Source of the DNA: Mytilus trossulus
Lineage: Eukaryota
DNA length: 64,000 bases
Reading direction: 5' to 3'
Assembly (NCBI RefSeq): GCF_036588685.1
Contig: NC_086375.1
Span: 22,506,001 to 22,570,000, forward strand
Part shown: one piece after another, positions 11,016 to 23,350 of the stretch
Position numbering within the stretch: the stretch's first letter is position 1
Layout: each line of letters begins with the position of its first letter
Program-made: the position numbers and the translations under genes
Notes under the pieces: model-generated
Database searches by the model: none
Told to the model about the DNA's origin: nothing
Seen by the model: the letters and a program-made list of their open reading frames with translations, nothing else

Positions 11016-13986
11016 GCAGGGTGAAATAATTATTTAGCGAAAAGTTGTATTGTCCGAGTGATAACCTTGGTTCTGTTCTGAAATTGAGCTGATTTTATTA
11101 CTTTGAACGACAAAATTATTGTACTCGCGTAATGGTATTAACAGTATGTGGATTCTTAAAATTCGAAAGAACTTCTGGACAATTTTTAATCTCAGTCTCA
11201 GTGAAAAAAAACACATCCATGGGGATTTTAACAACCAGAGTGAGAACTTTAAACCGGAAACAATATTTTAATTTAAGAGTAATTATAAACTGAGAGATAT
11301 GTTACTTTCCTCAAAGAAATCATAATATTCATATTTTCTGATGATGTTTAATATGATGACTGTAAAAATTAAAAAAAAAGATTGTTTCAGTGAATTTATA
11401 AATCTCTATTCAGAACAGTTTTCTTTCATTATTGACCTGGATTTTATTTCATTTGAACGTTTTATGGCGCAACAAACTACAATGTTTTGATTATATACAT
11501 ATTATAAAACTATGAACAAAGAAAACATTTACTACGATGAATAGAGCTTACGTTACCATAGTTCCCATTCTCAAATTTTAAAGTTAAAAAAGAACTAAAT
11601 GCTTCTTCACCCCTTTTTATTTGTATGTAAAATCGTTGACCAAAAACAAACATCATGTAAAGCGTGAAACCCTTTATATAAAAATGTGTGTATGTTATCA
11701 ATGCTTTCACAACAGTTTCAACAATGAAATTACAACTTTTATAAACCTTTTGTTTTTTCCTATGCAATGTTCTGAAGCTGTTATGAGAAGCACGAATAGT
11801 CTTTATATACAAAAGCGTACTGTCCATGATGATAAAAAAAATAGTATTCAAGATATTTCGAATTCATCCTAGTATTTGCGTTTTGCAATATCAGTGGTCG
11901 CATAAATTTCACCAGGACGAAACAAATCATATCCATATAAAATTCTAATAATGTATCATTTATGTGAACATAATATTTGTGTGTTTTAATCTTATTTGCC
12001 TTTGTGGAAGTATTACATTTTTTTGTGTTCTGTGTATGCTTTTTAAGGGCACTGATGGGTTGTCTTTCCAAAATGCACCGGTTTTATATTATGATGCTTT
12101 TGAGTTATAGATTCTAGGCGCTGAAGTTTTGTAGTTTTTGATTTACTTAACTGTTTTCCCTTCACTTGTCCTTTTATTGTGTTTCTTTTGTTTTTCTGGG
12201 GCTCAGCATTTATGCATCCCGCTATCGAATATTTTGACTTTGAAAAGGCCTCGTCATGCTGATACTGATATGCGAATTTTAATCTGGAGTTTTTGTTTTA
12301 CAGTGTTGTGTTCATTTTTTGTACATTGTATTTTTATCTTAACTTATGCGTATAAATCGAGAAAGTGTATATAACATACGGTATACAATTATTTTTTTGC
12401 ATATTTATCAAACTTTCTATTAGCTACAGCAACATTTTTGTTTGCGTTTTTGTAAGGAATATTTATTTGTTTTTTATGTTTAAGTCAGTTGTGTTGTTTA
12501 TCTGTGCAGAATTTGTTGTTGGGTACATTTCTTGTCACATTAACCTGTTTGCTCACATAATTTTGTCGATATAACAAAACTATAAACCACTGTCATATAA
12601 TTGGGAGATGTATAAAATCAGGTTTAATACATTATTTTGATTTTGATAGGTTTGATGGACTTGCAGTTAATTATTGTTGTTCTTTTTTGCTTCTGCATAT
12701 CCTCACAAACTTTTCAAACGGGGAATTATACAGTCAGAGAGGACGGCGTTTCTCACAATATCAAAGCAAATTAAAATGCTTGTATGACTGTGTCAAAAGT
12801 GTGTTATCCTTCGTTGACTATATACATTTATTATATTTGAGTAAACAGTAAATTCACTGACTGAATCATTGTCACATGTTTGAAATACAATGCACTGGCT
12901 ATGGTCTTGTTAAATGTATTGCTTTTTTAATTCTGTTCTTCGTTTTCTTCTTGTTTTTGTAAACATGTTTCCCATGATAACGCTAACAATGACGAATAAT
13001 ATTTTTTATCCAAATCTACATGTATTTAAACAACGTAAATACATGTATATATGAACACAGCCATGTACACATCATACCAACGCAATATCATCCTAATGGT
13101 TAATAAACGTCGTATCAATATTCAAACCAGTTCTTGTAGCCTGTCAGTTACCCAAAGAACAAAAGTTTTTCTTTAAATATCTGGTTTATGTCTGTATTCG
13201 GTCACTTTGGACTTATTTTCTATTGTGAATTATTATTACAAATAAAAAAATCTTGAATATCTTTATTTATTGCTGGGTTCATTCTCGTTTTCATGATTCA
13301 TGATTAATGTTTAAAATGTACCACGCCTTTCTTTTTTTGATAGATGTTCAAATGTTAGAAAACAATGTAATTATGAATTTTAGCCAATATTCTCAGTCCG
13401 GAATGCGGTTCGATAAAATTGCTCCCCTTGTTTATTTCGCTCTCCTGTCAAATCATGTAATTTCGCAAACTCCAATGTAGACGCTACGACGATGGGTGTC
13501 GTCAAGAAAGTTACGATTAAATGACTTTGCTAGGAATTAGACGATCACCATTGGTATAGGTGAGTTGTTTAATAGTTGTTGCTTTGGGATAACTGCATGT
13601 TTTGAATTAATTCATAATCAGGAATAGCTAGAAGGGAAAGAAACGTGTTGCTACGTGAACCCGGAAAGCGATGGAAGATTTTTTCAAAAAATCTAGAGAC
13701 GATCGTTCTGAGTGTGCCACCTACACATTCAAACGTGTACACAAGCACAGTGTTCCCTATCTATGTAATGTGTTTCCATAATTATGTGATGTAGGGCAAA
13801 AAAAGGTAGCAGTTTTTTGTGTCTTGTTGTTAAGCATTTCCAGGGGAGATAATGTTATTTTACACGGTGTGTTTGATAGGTTTGTTACATTGTAACATTA
13901 TATAATACACACTCATAAAGTGGATTGAAATAGCCTCTCACACTCAATTAACTGAATTTCAATTATTTTATTTACCGTAGTGCTAT

Positions 13987-14340
13987 TATATAAGACTTCG
14001 GAGGTTCATATCACTTATACAGTTATATTCAACGTTTTATATCGGATTTTTTTTCTATTGATATTGAACGGTTCATAGTAAAAAAAAATCCGATAAAACC
14101 GTTGAATGTAAATAATACGAACCTTAGAAGTCTTATATATCGTCCTTTAATATAAGACTGGAGGTTCATATCATTTACATTCAACATTTTTTATCGGATT
14201 TTTGTTTGCTATCATTGTTGAACGGTTCAACATTGGTAGTTGAAAAAAATCCGATAAAAATTAATGGTTCAACATTGATAGTAAAAAAAAATCCGATAAA
14301 CATGTTGAATGTAAATTATATAAAACTCTGAAGTCTTACA
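13987..14340. repeat. Two tandem foldback (palindromic) units, MITE-like
   Basis: TATAAGACT..ATTCAAC..ATCGGATTTTT / AAAAATCCGAT..GTTGAATG..AAGTCTTA at 13987-14139 and again at 14151-14340. Confidence 0.75.
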
Positions 14341-16979
14341 TTATAGGACTATCGTTTATCAGTTCTTTATCCTAACTAAATGTGTTTTTTTTGTGGTGTA
14401 TATTACACTAAAAGGGGGGTGCTTTTAAAAAAAATACCTTAACAATCCTACAATATCTGTTTACAAAATGAGAGAGATATTTCGTATTCTAAAACTTATT
14501 TTTCTCACATGTGTGTTAGATATGTTGAAAAGACAGACAAATGTGTAGTACGTATATCCATCCCCTCTTTTTCAATTCATTAGTTACAGCTCTGAAGAAT
14601 ATGCAATAACCTAACATTGATAATTTAGCTAACAATAAATTCAGTACATTTTTCTAACATGTTTATATTTTGTGATGAATCTAATGTATAAATCCAGAGG
14701 CAGAACCGGGAAAGAGCTCGGATCGGGGATCTGTTTGTACGGGGGGAATGAGGTTTCAACCCGGCCCCTCTTTAATTGCCTGTTCGATTTTTTGTTTGCA
14801 GTCTCGAAAAAGGGATATAGACAGTTTTATCAAGAAGTTATGTGAAAGTTCTGCTATACATCTGACAGTCAGGAATTATTCTGAAGTACACATGTCGACC
14901 AGAGGCATGGACAGAGAGGAGAGGTTTAAAAGTTCCAGATGCTAATCTGAGATTCCAATTTGAACTAAAGAAAGCAATATATAAAAATATGTAGGAGAAA
15001 TAATCTAAATGATTAAAGTTATGATACAAAAGGAACTTGTTTTTTTTTGTATACAGAATTTGTCAAAGGTATCCATAACAGAAGAGATGTGAATGCATCC
15101 TTCATAGCCTTGTAATACTGATGGTAATAATTTATATAATTTCCGAGATGACATAGCATTGCCATTGGTTTCCCCTACTCCTTGTTCAAAGAACTTGATC
15201 ATCTGAACTCATTTTTTTTAAATGGAGCCCTGATCAAGAACAGTTAAAAGAGCACATGCTTATTTTTCGTTATCTTTTAGAATCATGTTTTTTTAAAACA
15301 GGTTGTACATTCTACATACAATATGTAGGCGGGAAAATATGTTTGATTAGATATATAGAAACACTCAAGCATGAATGGAGCGGGTTCCCCATAGCTCAGT
15401 CAGCGCCCCCCCCCCCCTAATGTAAAGTTCTGGATCAGCCACTGAATATTGGCTTTCAAGAACAGTGCGAAGGAAGTCTTCAAATGTATAAAAAAAAACA
15501 TAATGAAAGTCTTTGTGCTGGTTATTAACATACGGGAACGAAAATTTTACTTCAAATTGTGAAAAAGAGTAAGGGGTAAGATTCATTCCAAAAAAATATC
15601 GTCTGATCCAAAATTCGTTCGAAAAAATATTGTTGTCCGGCAAAATTTAAGACCCCAAAATATATTATGAGTTCTGTTCTTCTTAAACCTTATAGTGTTA
15701 AGTCTTGGAAGAAAAAAATATTTGATTGATGGAGGCGGACAATAAATGTGCTCAGACAAAAACATTCCCCCTTTGAAGTTAAATAATTAACTTACTTCCT
15801 TGTTGATGGATTGTTTCCTGGCTTGAAAAAAAAGTATCACATTATGTCGACGGACAATTGTAAATTGCTATACGATAGAATAAAAATGTATCGAAAATAT
15901 AACACAAAAGAAATCATGAAATAACTCGGATTCGGTGCAATCCCAATTTAACTTGCAAACACATAAAAAAAATCACACCATGTCGCCACATGACACACAA
16001 CAAAAACCAACTGCAATCAACAAATAAGACGCAAAGAGTCACAAGAAATTAAAAAAAATGCATTCGCGGGCAACTAACGACTTGTTATACTGTCATGATC
16101 GAATACAAACATAGCCAAAATATGACACTCAAGAAATAATACGCAAACTAAATTACAAGATCAATAAATGATGTATAAACAAATAATTCAGAAAGTACAA
16201 TTGGTTAACACAAACAAAAGGAACACAACGATATTAATCTATGCTACCCCAAAAACTCAACTTCAAAATGGTCAACCAATCCGGGTTACTGTATAACTAA
16301 GGTGTAACAAAATGTATAACAAAACTTTTTAAAATAATACAGAAATTATGACTGTCGGTGTAATTATAATTGTTTAAGAAAAAACAGGTCAAACATGCAA
16401 ATATTATTAATAAAAATTTAGTTTAAATCACTTAAAAGTCATGTGATGTTACATATATAGGACGGGTGAGTTCGATGCGTAAATTAATTAACAAAACCCC
16501 TTCATATAACATCCAACTTTGAAATTGCGTACGAATGTCAAATTTGGGTGTGCCACTTTGGGAATGTTCTTAAACGATTGACAATTCATTTCTCAATTTT
16601 GGTAATTTTTCCCAGATTTTTTATATGTCGGGCAAAAAAAAGTAGCAGTTTATAAGGAGCCCCCCTAAATGACGTAACAACTTGACTTATGGTCGTTTTA
16701 AAAACGATTTTTTGCAAGTTGCATTGTTAACAATTGTGCAATATGAAAATTAAACAACGTGAATGCAAATGTTTATAATGATTTTACGGAAAGTAACTTT
16801 TGTGACATCTTGACAACCGTATACAAAGTTCATTTCACTTTTCTACCTTCTAAACACAAGAGGTCGAATTCTTTTGTTCTATTTAAACCGCATATCGGAC
16901 TGTTCTATTCAGAAATGAACATCATATAAAGTTTGCTATTATTTTAAATGTAAAATTCAAGTCCGGTTTGAAGATGGTT

Positions 16980-17322
16980 TTAGTCAGCACGTATATGCTG
17001 ACATGAGTTATCATTGATATTATAGTCATATTTATAAATGAACTGTTTACAAAACGTTTGAATTTTTTGAAATACTGAGGCTTTTCTTCCTCAGAAATAT
17101 ATTACCTTAACCGTATTTGGCATATTCCTTTGGAACCTAGTTACTTTTTTGGCTTTATAACTATTTTGATATGAGCGTCACTGATGAGTCATATGTTGAC
17201 GAAACGCGTTTCTGACGTATTAAATTATAAACCTGTCATCTTTGATAACTATTTACACCACTAGGTCACTGCTGCTGCTGGTAGACATTTTGTCCCCGAG
17301 AGCATCACCAACCTTTGATAAC
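16980..17322 (+). mobile_element. Retrozyme-like unit (family A) with hammerhead at 17175-17218
   Basis: GCGTCA-CTGATGA-GTCA-TATGT-TGAC-GAAA-CGCGTT-TC-TGACGT: core intact, stem III mutated. Flanks match other family A copies. Confidence 0.75.
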
Positions 17323-18059
17323 TAATTATTCCTTTTCAAAGCATGTTTTACCTTTTTCTTCACTATTACGAAAATATGACGTTTGGTATCACAAAGTAAT
17401 AAATTTATAACGTATTCAACCATTTTATTTGGAAAACATTGTGAATTATTTTTTGCAGACGATTTTTCAATTTCACATGGAGTTCTTTCGATTTTTTTGT
17501 TAGAATCCACTATGTAAACAGTTAACCACGATTTATTCATGGTTTAGCAAACGGTTTTTGTTGTATTAAATGAAGGAACAAAACCTATTACTCCGACCGC
17601 CACTCTCTAGGTTTTCCCCAAACATAAACAAACACAAATTATTAAAAACATAAAGTGTCCTGTGTGTATGTGTATAAATTAAATATGTGTTCATGTAAAG
17701 TCTAAATTTTAATTGCGTAAATTTTAAAATGATTAACGAAGTGACGATTTCTGAAAGAAATTTGTCAAGGTTAAATGTGTAAAACATGAACATGGTCATT
17801 TGTTGTTGTGAAAAAAAAACCCGAGCAGTCCTTCAGAAACAGTATTGCTGGAACGACATTGTTTGTAAATGTCAGTTGTAAAAGGAGTTTTTGTCTAAGG
17901 ATGGATATCAACCGATCCCTTGTCAGGATAGTTTCAATAATTGCGTCTTGAAAAGACTATCAAAAACTATATATAAGCTTTTTCCATGTATTTATTATTA
18001 CATGTTAATGTAGGAATATAATTATAAACGTTTTACCACAAACATTGATTTACATAGAG

Positions 18060-18752
18060 ATTAATACATGGCCTTTTCCATATCAGCCTGGGTATCATCC
18101 CGAGACCCCCATATCAGCCCGAGACGGAGTCGAGGCGCTGATATGGGTCGAGGGATGATACCCACGCTGATATGGAAAAGGCCATGTATTAATCGCTTTA
18201 TCATATACTTCCGACAATAGTTTTATGTAAGGCAAATAAACAAATGCAACAACTTCAACAGTCAAAAACTTTATAAAAAAGTTACGTTAGTAATCAAATA
18301 TACTATTTATAATTGTCCACCAACAGCATCACTACCTCCATATACATATGTATGGTAACATTTCCTTTAGAGGCATTTTGAAACATTGAAAATTTGGAAG
18401 AGTTTTATGATCATTATTACTCCAGGTTTGTTGTACTATGAAATGATTCATAATTGCAAATTGCATTTGTTAGCAAGTACTTAGCTATCCCAACAAAAGT
18501 TCACGTAAATTTTGACGTCGTCATAAAAAGTATCTGACGTCACAATGGAAAAGTAAACAACCGATACCGGAAACACCGGAAGTAACCTGCACGAGAAGCA
18601 CTGTTATGGGTTTTTGCACGAGATGCCCCTGATATGGGTTATCAGACCGGGCTGATATGGGTTATCAGCCTGGGTGGGAAATTATGGCTTGTGAACTTCC
18701 GTTCGTTACACATATGCAAAAGCTATCATATTAATGCTAAGTATATGATAAA
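18060..18752. mobile_element. Non-autonomous DNA element with a ~134-bp terminal hairpin plus inverted repeats
   Basis: Near-perfect palindrome at 18060-18193. Inverted repeat TTTATCATATACTT (18197-18210) / AAGTATATGATAAA (18739-18752). Internal GCTGATATGGG subrepeats. Confidence 0.75.
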
Positions 18753-18760
18753 ATACAATA

Positions 18761-20704
18761 ATGAATACAAGTAGTCTTGCAGAAAAAAAAACTACTTATG
18801 AAAACATAATACAGATAAAGGATGGTTATGATTTACCTGTATATGGAATCACCGAAGGTACTTTCTATACACTTCACGTGCCAGCAATGGCATGTATTTG
18901 TATCAGCTTTATATGCGCAATGTCAGTTATTTTATATTCATTCTATCGACAAAATTACTCTAAATTTTTCGATTGGTCAAAAAGTGAAAGATTTGTGGTA
19001 TATATGTCTCTTTGTGACGCTCTATTTAATGTGTCACATTTTAGTGACCATCTTCATATTGTTGTAACAAAGTCGTTTCCAACACCAAAAGGACTATGTG
19101 CTTTTTATGGATTTATGCTTGCTGAATTCATAACAGCTCAAAATTTGATGGTCAATATCGTTGCTATCAATGTGTTTGTCTTAATCTATTTTCGAAAACA
19201 GATGTTTTTTGGCAGATGGGATTATCGGCTGTTGGTTTATATTTTTGGTGTTCCTGCAATAGGTTGCATAACTGCTGGAGCTTTGGACCAGTTTGGTCCA
19301 AATGGAGCATTGTAAGTAAATAACATTATACATTGATTAGATAACTTGATTTTAAGTCGAATTATTGACAAAGTTATTGATAACTAAGTAACTAATCATT
19401 TCAATCCGGTTGACTTTTTCCTGAAATTTACAATCAAATTGAGAATGCGCGTCAATAAAACACCTGTAGCAAAGCAAATCAATACCAATGATTTAATTTC
19501 AAGTTTTTAATGGAGTGTTTAATTGATTGAATATTTTCTTATTTTTCCTACCTTTTTAGTCGGCGAATTCAAATATTGACTCTTTTAAAGGCAAATTATG
19601 ATTTTTGAAAAATACAAACTTAATTTTTGACATTAAAGGATGTACATGTACATCTCTGAGGAGCTGCAATTTTCTAGAATCAAACTTTGTTATACATTAA
19701 CCTGATGTTTGGTTTATATGACTGTTAAAAAAACAATGGGCGAAAAAAATATCGATGTTACACTTTTGTTTTGCTACGGCCCTCCGATATCTTCCGCCAC
19801 ATTTTTCTAACATTACTTAATTTTTTTTACATACTGTACGTTTGCCAATGCCAAATACTCGTTTTGGCTGCTGTAGCAGTTTTGTGTTAAAGTCGACTTT
19901 TTTTGCTAACACACACAGTGGATGAATATTTTCGTTAATAAAATAGTCAGATTTAATATTTCCATATATCCCTTTTCCGGTTATACATCAAAGGCAGTTT
20001 AAAGTATTTTTATGAAATAAAATAAATAAATCCAATGATTTGCACAACGTCAGCAATGAACACCATCATCCGTCCATAAGCTAGTCCTTACTGTAAAATG
20101 TTGGTTTAGATAAAAATAAGTTTCATGAATTACTAATTATACATAACATACATGTACATGTTATCCTTATTATACTGTAAAATTGAAATAAAATTACTTA
20201 TGTTTCTTTTTCAGCTGCACTTTTGATGCTATAAAAGGGAAAACTACATACATATTCTTCACAACGGTACCGCTTCTGTTAATCTTAGCTATAAATATCG
20301 GTTTGTACACTTTAAGCTGGGGACGAATTTATCGAGAGACGCGTGAAATTAAAGATTCTCTCGGTAAATCATCACGAGCATTACAAGCATCGCACAAGGC
20401 TGCAAAGACTATGTCTCTTTTTGTAACAGCTTTTTTTATACAATGGTGGGCTTTGGCTGTATTTGGGGTATGCCAGTTGAGCGGAAATGTTCCGCCACTG
20501 TTACTTAATTTGGTGACAACTTTCTCAAATATTGGAGGTCTGCTGAATGGAATTGTTTTCATATTTATTGTAAAAAGAAAAAGAGAGAAGGCCAGTGATA
20601 ATGGTTCGCACAAGTCAGGATCTGTAGGAACTGGTAGTACACCGATCCAATCAATAAGTCATTCAACACGTGCATCACCTGCGATACAAAATAGTGAAGT
20701 CTGA
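18761..20704 (+). CDS. Orphan 7-TM GPCR paralog 2; exons 18761-19311 and 20215-20704 (346 aa)
   Basis: GT at 19312 and AG at 20213-14 join GPNGA-F-CTFDA in frame; same seven-helix pattern as the other paralogs. Confidence 0.88.
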
Positions 20705-20769
20705 GAAAAAATGAAAAGATGAAAGTTTTAATCCAAATACTTCTGATTAAATTCATGTTCTTTAATTAT

Positions 20770-21150
20770 GTTATGCTAAATAAACTCATCATAGACACCA
20801 GGATTTAATTTTGTATTTACGCAAGACAAGCGTTTCGTCTATAATAGTTATCAAAGGTACCAGGATTATAATTTGATACGCCAGACGCGCGTTTCGTCTA
20901 CGTAAGACTCATCAGTGACGCTCAGATCAAAACAGTTAAAAAGCCAAACAAATACAAAGTTGAAGAGCATTGAGGAACCAAAAATTCCAAAAAGTTGTGC
21001 CAAATACGGCTAAGGTAATCTACTCCTGGGCGTAAGAAAATCCTTAGTTTTTCGAAAAATTCAAAGTTATAAACGACTCATCAATGACGCTCGAATCCAC
21101 TTTAGGTAAAAAGGCAAAATAATGTACGAAGTTGAAGAGCATTGAGTACC
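20770..21150 (-). mobile_element. Retrozyme-like array (family A): one complete hammerhead plus two partial ones
   Basis: Partial motifs at 20818-20842 and 21075-21095 flank the intact copy; flanks are shared with 16980-17322 and 40905-41100. Confidence 0.75.
20878..20923 (-). ncRNA. Intact type I minimal hammerhead ribozyme (family A), predicted cleavage between 20884 and 20883
   Basis: Minus strand reads GCGUCA-CUGAUGA-GUC-UUACGUA-GAC-GAAA-CGCGCG-UC^UGGCGU: 6-bp stem I, canonical core, G10.1-C11.1 pair, palindromic stem III (ACGCGCGU), GUC triplet. Confidence 0.9.
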
Positions 21151-22468
21151 AAAGAAATATGATGATAATCATTTCAACACCGATACACTCGGGGAAGCTT
21201 TTTATCAGGGTTTTGAGTCCAGAAATTTGTCCCACATTAACCGACACTGTTGTGGGTTCTAGTTATATGTCCACATAAGACGATTAAGCGAATGCCATTC
21301 GTAGTCATAATCAAGCTAATTTTTTGTTCATTTTAGAATTTCCGAAGCATTGAGCTTGTGATTTTTATATGTTGTTTGGTATTTTTGTCATCATTGTTGG
21401 GTTCGTTTGGCTAGCGGGTGGTTTTGATTTGCTGTGTATTCAATTTAGATTCCATGAGGTATTTAGGTAATTAAAATTTCAAAAAATGTTCTCTACGCCG
21501 CCCCTATATTATGATTAACTAGGGCTGAATGTCCTGTTACTATTAATCCATGCATACATATCATCTTGATAAAATGATAATAACCCATACTATGTACTCG
21601 ATTGACAAGATAATTTCGATTTTGAACATGCCAGTTCAAAACCGTAAAGTATAATTATAGAAAAATTGTACATTAAATTTTGTTCTTCTCAGTCATGTTT
21701 AAGAGTTATAAGTGAATCACAAACTATTATTTTCTTCCTTTAGAAATCACAGTCACTTTATTGTTGCTTAAAGTCTTTATTCTTACGTTATCTGTCCGGT
21801 GTTTTGTATACTGTTGTTTCCCTCTTGATGTTATTTTCCTTTTTGTTAATGTGTTGTTTAATAAATTTCTTCGGCTTGAGGTTTTTTATTGTTCAGCTGT
21901 ATTTTTATACCTTTTCATAGAAGTGTTTAGAAGGGACACATGTTCAAAATCGTTTGTACAGCAGATAATGACCAGACATACCTTTAATTAAAAGTTATTG
22001 GTATATAGATATAGGGAGATGTGGTATGGGTGCCAATGAGACAGCTCTCTATCAAAGTAAAAAAAAAAGTAAATTATTAAAGGTCAAAATACGGCCTCAA
22101 TACGGAGCCTTTGCTCACACAGAAAAACAAGCTTCAAAGGGTCCCAAATATTACCAGTGTAAAAACATTCGAACAGGAAAACGAATGGTTAATAAATGAA
22201 TTGGTTTAACTCTATCACAAGACACATCGACAAAAACAAGTTAACAAACACTTAACGAATAAATTGCATCTTTAACACAATGTAAATACTTATTAAAGGT
22301 GATCTATGTATAAAAAAAGTAAGATGAGACATACACAAGATAAGTAAACATAAGTAAGATAAGTTGGCTTTAGATGAATTTGGCTATTTATTTTAGGTAT
22401 TTTTTATATATAGCTCTTCAACGGTTTCGGTACTTATACATCTTTGGATTTCAAATGTTTGGCTTTGA

Positions 22469-22510
22469 GCGTTCCTGATGAAGGTAAATCCAGAAAAGCG
22501 CTTCGGACGC
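22469..22510 (+). ncRNA. Type I hammerhead variant (family B), copy 1; predicted cleavage after 22504
   Basis: GCGUUC-CUGAUGA-AGGUAAAUCCA-GAAA-AGCGCU-UC^GGACGC: 6-bp stem I, palindromic stem III (AAGCGCUU), atypical stem II. Confidence 0.75.
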
Positions 22511-22822
22511 AAGAAATTAATAACGTGTTGTTTTCAATATTTTACATCACTGGGTCGATACCTCTGCTGGTGGACTATCAGTCCCCGAGGGTATCATCAG
22601 CTCAGTAGTCAGTATTTCGGTACTGACATGATTTAACATAATTTACTAAAAAAATTGTCCGTTTATAAATTTAGAAATTATTAAGAAACTAAGGTTTCAA
22701 CTCCCTCAGGCAAAGTTGGCTTTAGGTGAATTTGGCTATTTATTTTAGGTATTTTTTTTATATATAGCTCTTCAACGGTTTCGGTACTTATACATCTTTG
22801 GATTTCAAATGTTTGGCTTTGA

Positions 22823-22864
22823 GCGTTCCTGATGAAGGTAAATCCAGAAAAGCGCTTCGGACGC
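22823..22864 (+). ncRNA. Type I hammerhead variant (family B), copy 2; predicted cleavage after 22858
   Basis: Identical to 22469-22510. Confidence 0.75.
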
Positions 22865-23350
22865 AAGAAATTAATAACGTGTTGTTTTCAATATTTTGAA
22901 TAACAAAAATGCATTTAAAATACATAAATTTAATTTCCAAAAGAGAAGTTTATTCCAAATATCACAATTTGTAACACTTGTATAATGAGTAATGCTTGTG
23001 AAACAATGATATTTATGAAGTTAGTATGACTCGCAATGAGACAATTGTCAAATAATATCTGGGACTTAGATGCAAACGGTTACTGGACGGTATGAATCAA
23101 ATAGCTATATTGACGCGTGCATACATAAAAGGCGTCCTTTGTCGATTAACATGATCTCATGTGACTTAAAATTTATGAGATTTCGATTTCTTTCACAACA
23201 TATAATACACTTTTTTGGGTTTTTTTTTTATATAAAAATTATATAATAAATTGGTTCCCTGAATAAATGGCTGTTATGAAATGTATGATACAACTGATAA
23301 AGCCATAATGATAATTCTAGCATGAATTTGTTATTTAAAGATATGACTGG

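Larger units (their letters stand above)
22361..22898 (+). mobile_element. Tandem retrozyme-like repeat (family B), 354-nt period, two hammerheads
   Basis: 22361-22543 is repeated almost exactly at 22713-22897. Confidence 0.85.

Noticed and set aside
13400-15240. CpG-richer patches and short ORFs suggesting another gene
   Set aside because: No consistent exon chain or protein motif could be established.
20329-20613. Antisense ORFs over GPCR exons (also 2212, 23531, 34588, 42761, 53181)
   Set aside because: Shadow ORFs of the real coding strand.
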